From a bacterium (GTDB lineage Bacteria > UBA8248 > JACPRG01 > G963555815): a DNA stretch of 64,000 nucleotides. The translations under genes were made by a program, and so were the position numbers. The stretch lies in contig OZ244653.1 of NCBI GenBank assembly GCA_965218795.1, forward strand, positions 3,520,001 through 3,584,000, given 5' to 3'. Under the pieces are notes generated by a model that saw nothing but the letters and a program-made list of their open reading frames with translations, made no database searches and had not been told where the DNA came from. Below, piece by piece: positions 63,161-64,000 of the stretch (position 1 is the first letter of the stretch; every line of letters begins with the position of its first letter).

Positions 63161-64000
63161 ATGAAGTTCATTCGAAACCTTGCCATAGGAACCCTCGCGG
63201 CGGCCGCGGCCGCATTCACCGGATCTGCGATGGCGCAGACGGAGCTGGTCGTCGTCTCCTGGGGCGGGGCCTATTCCGCAAGCCAGCAGAAGGCCTACCA
63301 TGATCCGTACATGAAGAAGAACCCCGGCATCAAGATCATCAATGACGACTCGGCACCGGAAGCGGTGGCCAAATTGAGGGCGATGAACGAGGTCAACAAC
63401 GTGACCTGGGACCTGGTGGATGCCACCGCCTCGGACGCCATCAGGCTATGCGATGAAGGCTTGGCGGTGCCGATAGATCCCGACAAGGACTTGGCGCCCG
63501 CTCCGGACGGCACCCCGGCGTCCGAGGATTTCGGCGATCTGTTCGTCGCCGAATGCTTCATCCCGCAAATCGTCTATTCCATCGCCTTCGGCTATCGCAC
63601 CGACAAGGTGAAGGTCAAGCCGACCAGTGTCTGTGACGTTTTCGACCTCGAGAAGATTCCGGGAAAGCGCGCGCTGGAGAGGAAGCCCATTAACAACTTC
63701 GAATGGGCGTTGCTTTGCGACGGCGTTCCGCCCGACAAGATTTATGAAGTGCTCGGTGCTGAAGGCGGCGTGAAACGCGCCTTGAAGAAGCTCGATACCA
63801 TCAAGAGCAAAGTGCTCTGGTGGACCAAGGGTGCCCAGACGCCGCAGCTTCTCGCCGACGGCGAGATCGTCATCGGTTCGGCCTACAACGGTCGTCTTTT
63901 TTCGCTCATCGAGGAGGAGAAGCAACCGGTCGCCATTCTCTGGGATTGGCAGGTCTTCGACCTCGACGGCTGGATCATTCCGAAGGGCACCAGGAACCTG
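63161..64000 (+). CDS. Polyamine-type ABC substrate-binding protein, runs off window (absent from ORF track)
   Basis: AGGAGG RBS; MKFIRNLAIGTLAAAAAAFTGSAMAQ signal, VVSWGGAY, WDLVD, PGKRAL, AYNGR. Confidence 0.9.
   Translation, partial: MKFIRNLAIGTLAAAAAAFTGSAMAQTELVVVSWGGAYSASQQKAYHDPYMKKNPGIKIINDDSAPEAVAKLRAMNEVNNVTWDLVDATASDAIRLCDEGLAVPIDPDKDLAPAPDGTPASEDFGDLFVAECFIPQIVYSIAFGYRTDKVKVKPTSVCDVFDLEKIPGKRALERKPINNFEWALLCDGVPPDKIYEVLGAEGGVKRALKKLDTIKSKVLWWTKGAQTPQLLADGEIVIGSAYNGRLFSLIEEEKQPVAILWDWQVFDLDGWIIPKGTRNL

Overview
High-GC bacterial chromosome window; taxon cannot be fixed from sequence, although the gene set loosely suggests a deltaproteobacteria/Nitrospinota-like lineage (weak inference). 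Core blocks: glcF-like 3' end, bdhA, hpnD-like synthase, iscS/iscU, a ~15 kb Wzx/Wzy-type surface polysaccharide cluster (asnB to wcaJ-like), kdsB-pyrG-yqeC-xdhC-comF, gap-pgk-tpiA-secG, a peptide ABC module and tRNA-Leu(GAG). Accessory blocks: an islet between comF and gap (frameshifted Fic, DUF427, Dam-type MTase plus frameshifted REase) and a mosaic after the tRNA (dead IS5 and IS481, an IS1595 element with cargo, tandem RutB-like hydrolases, LLM enzyme, second Fic, broken SeqA-like gene), ending in a polyamine-type ABC transporter. The best candidate for something new is a 3,072-bp IS1595-family element (51313-54384) with 24-bp TIRs and a near-perfect 8-bp TSD. Its cargo repeats one module twice: a short conserved peptide gene, an antisense sigma70-like promoter with hairpin(s), then two small unrelated genes. 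Many accessory genes and dcd carry frameshifts while core genes are intact. An intergenic hairpin repeat family has four copies. No CRISPR or rRNA seen. All family calls are from motif recognition by eye, not database searches.
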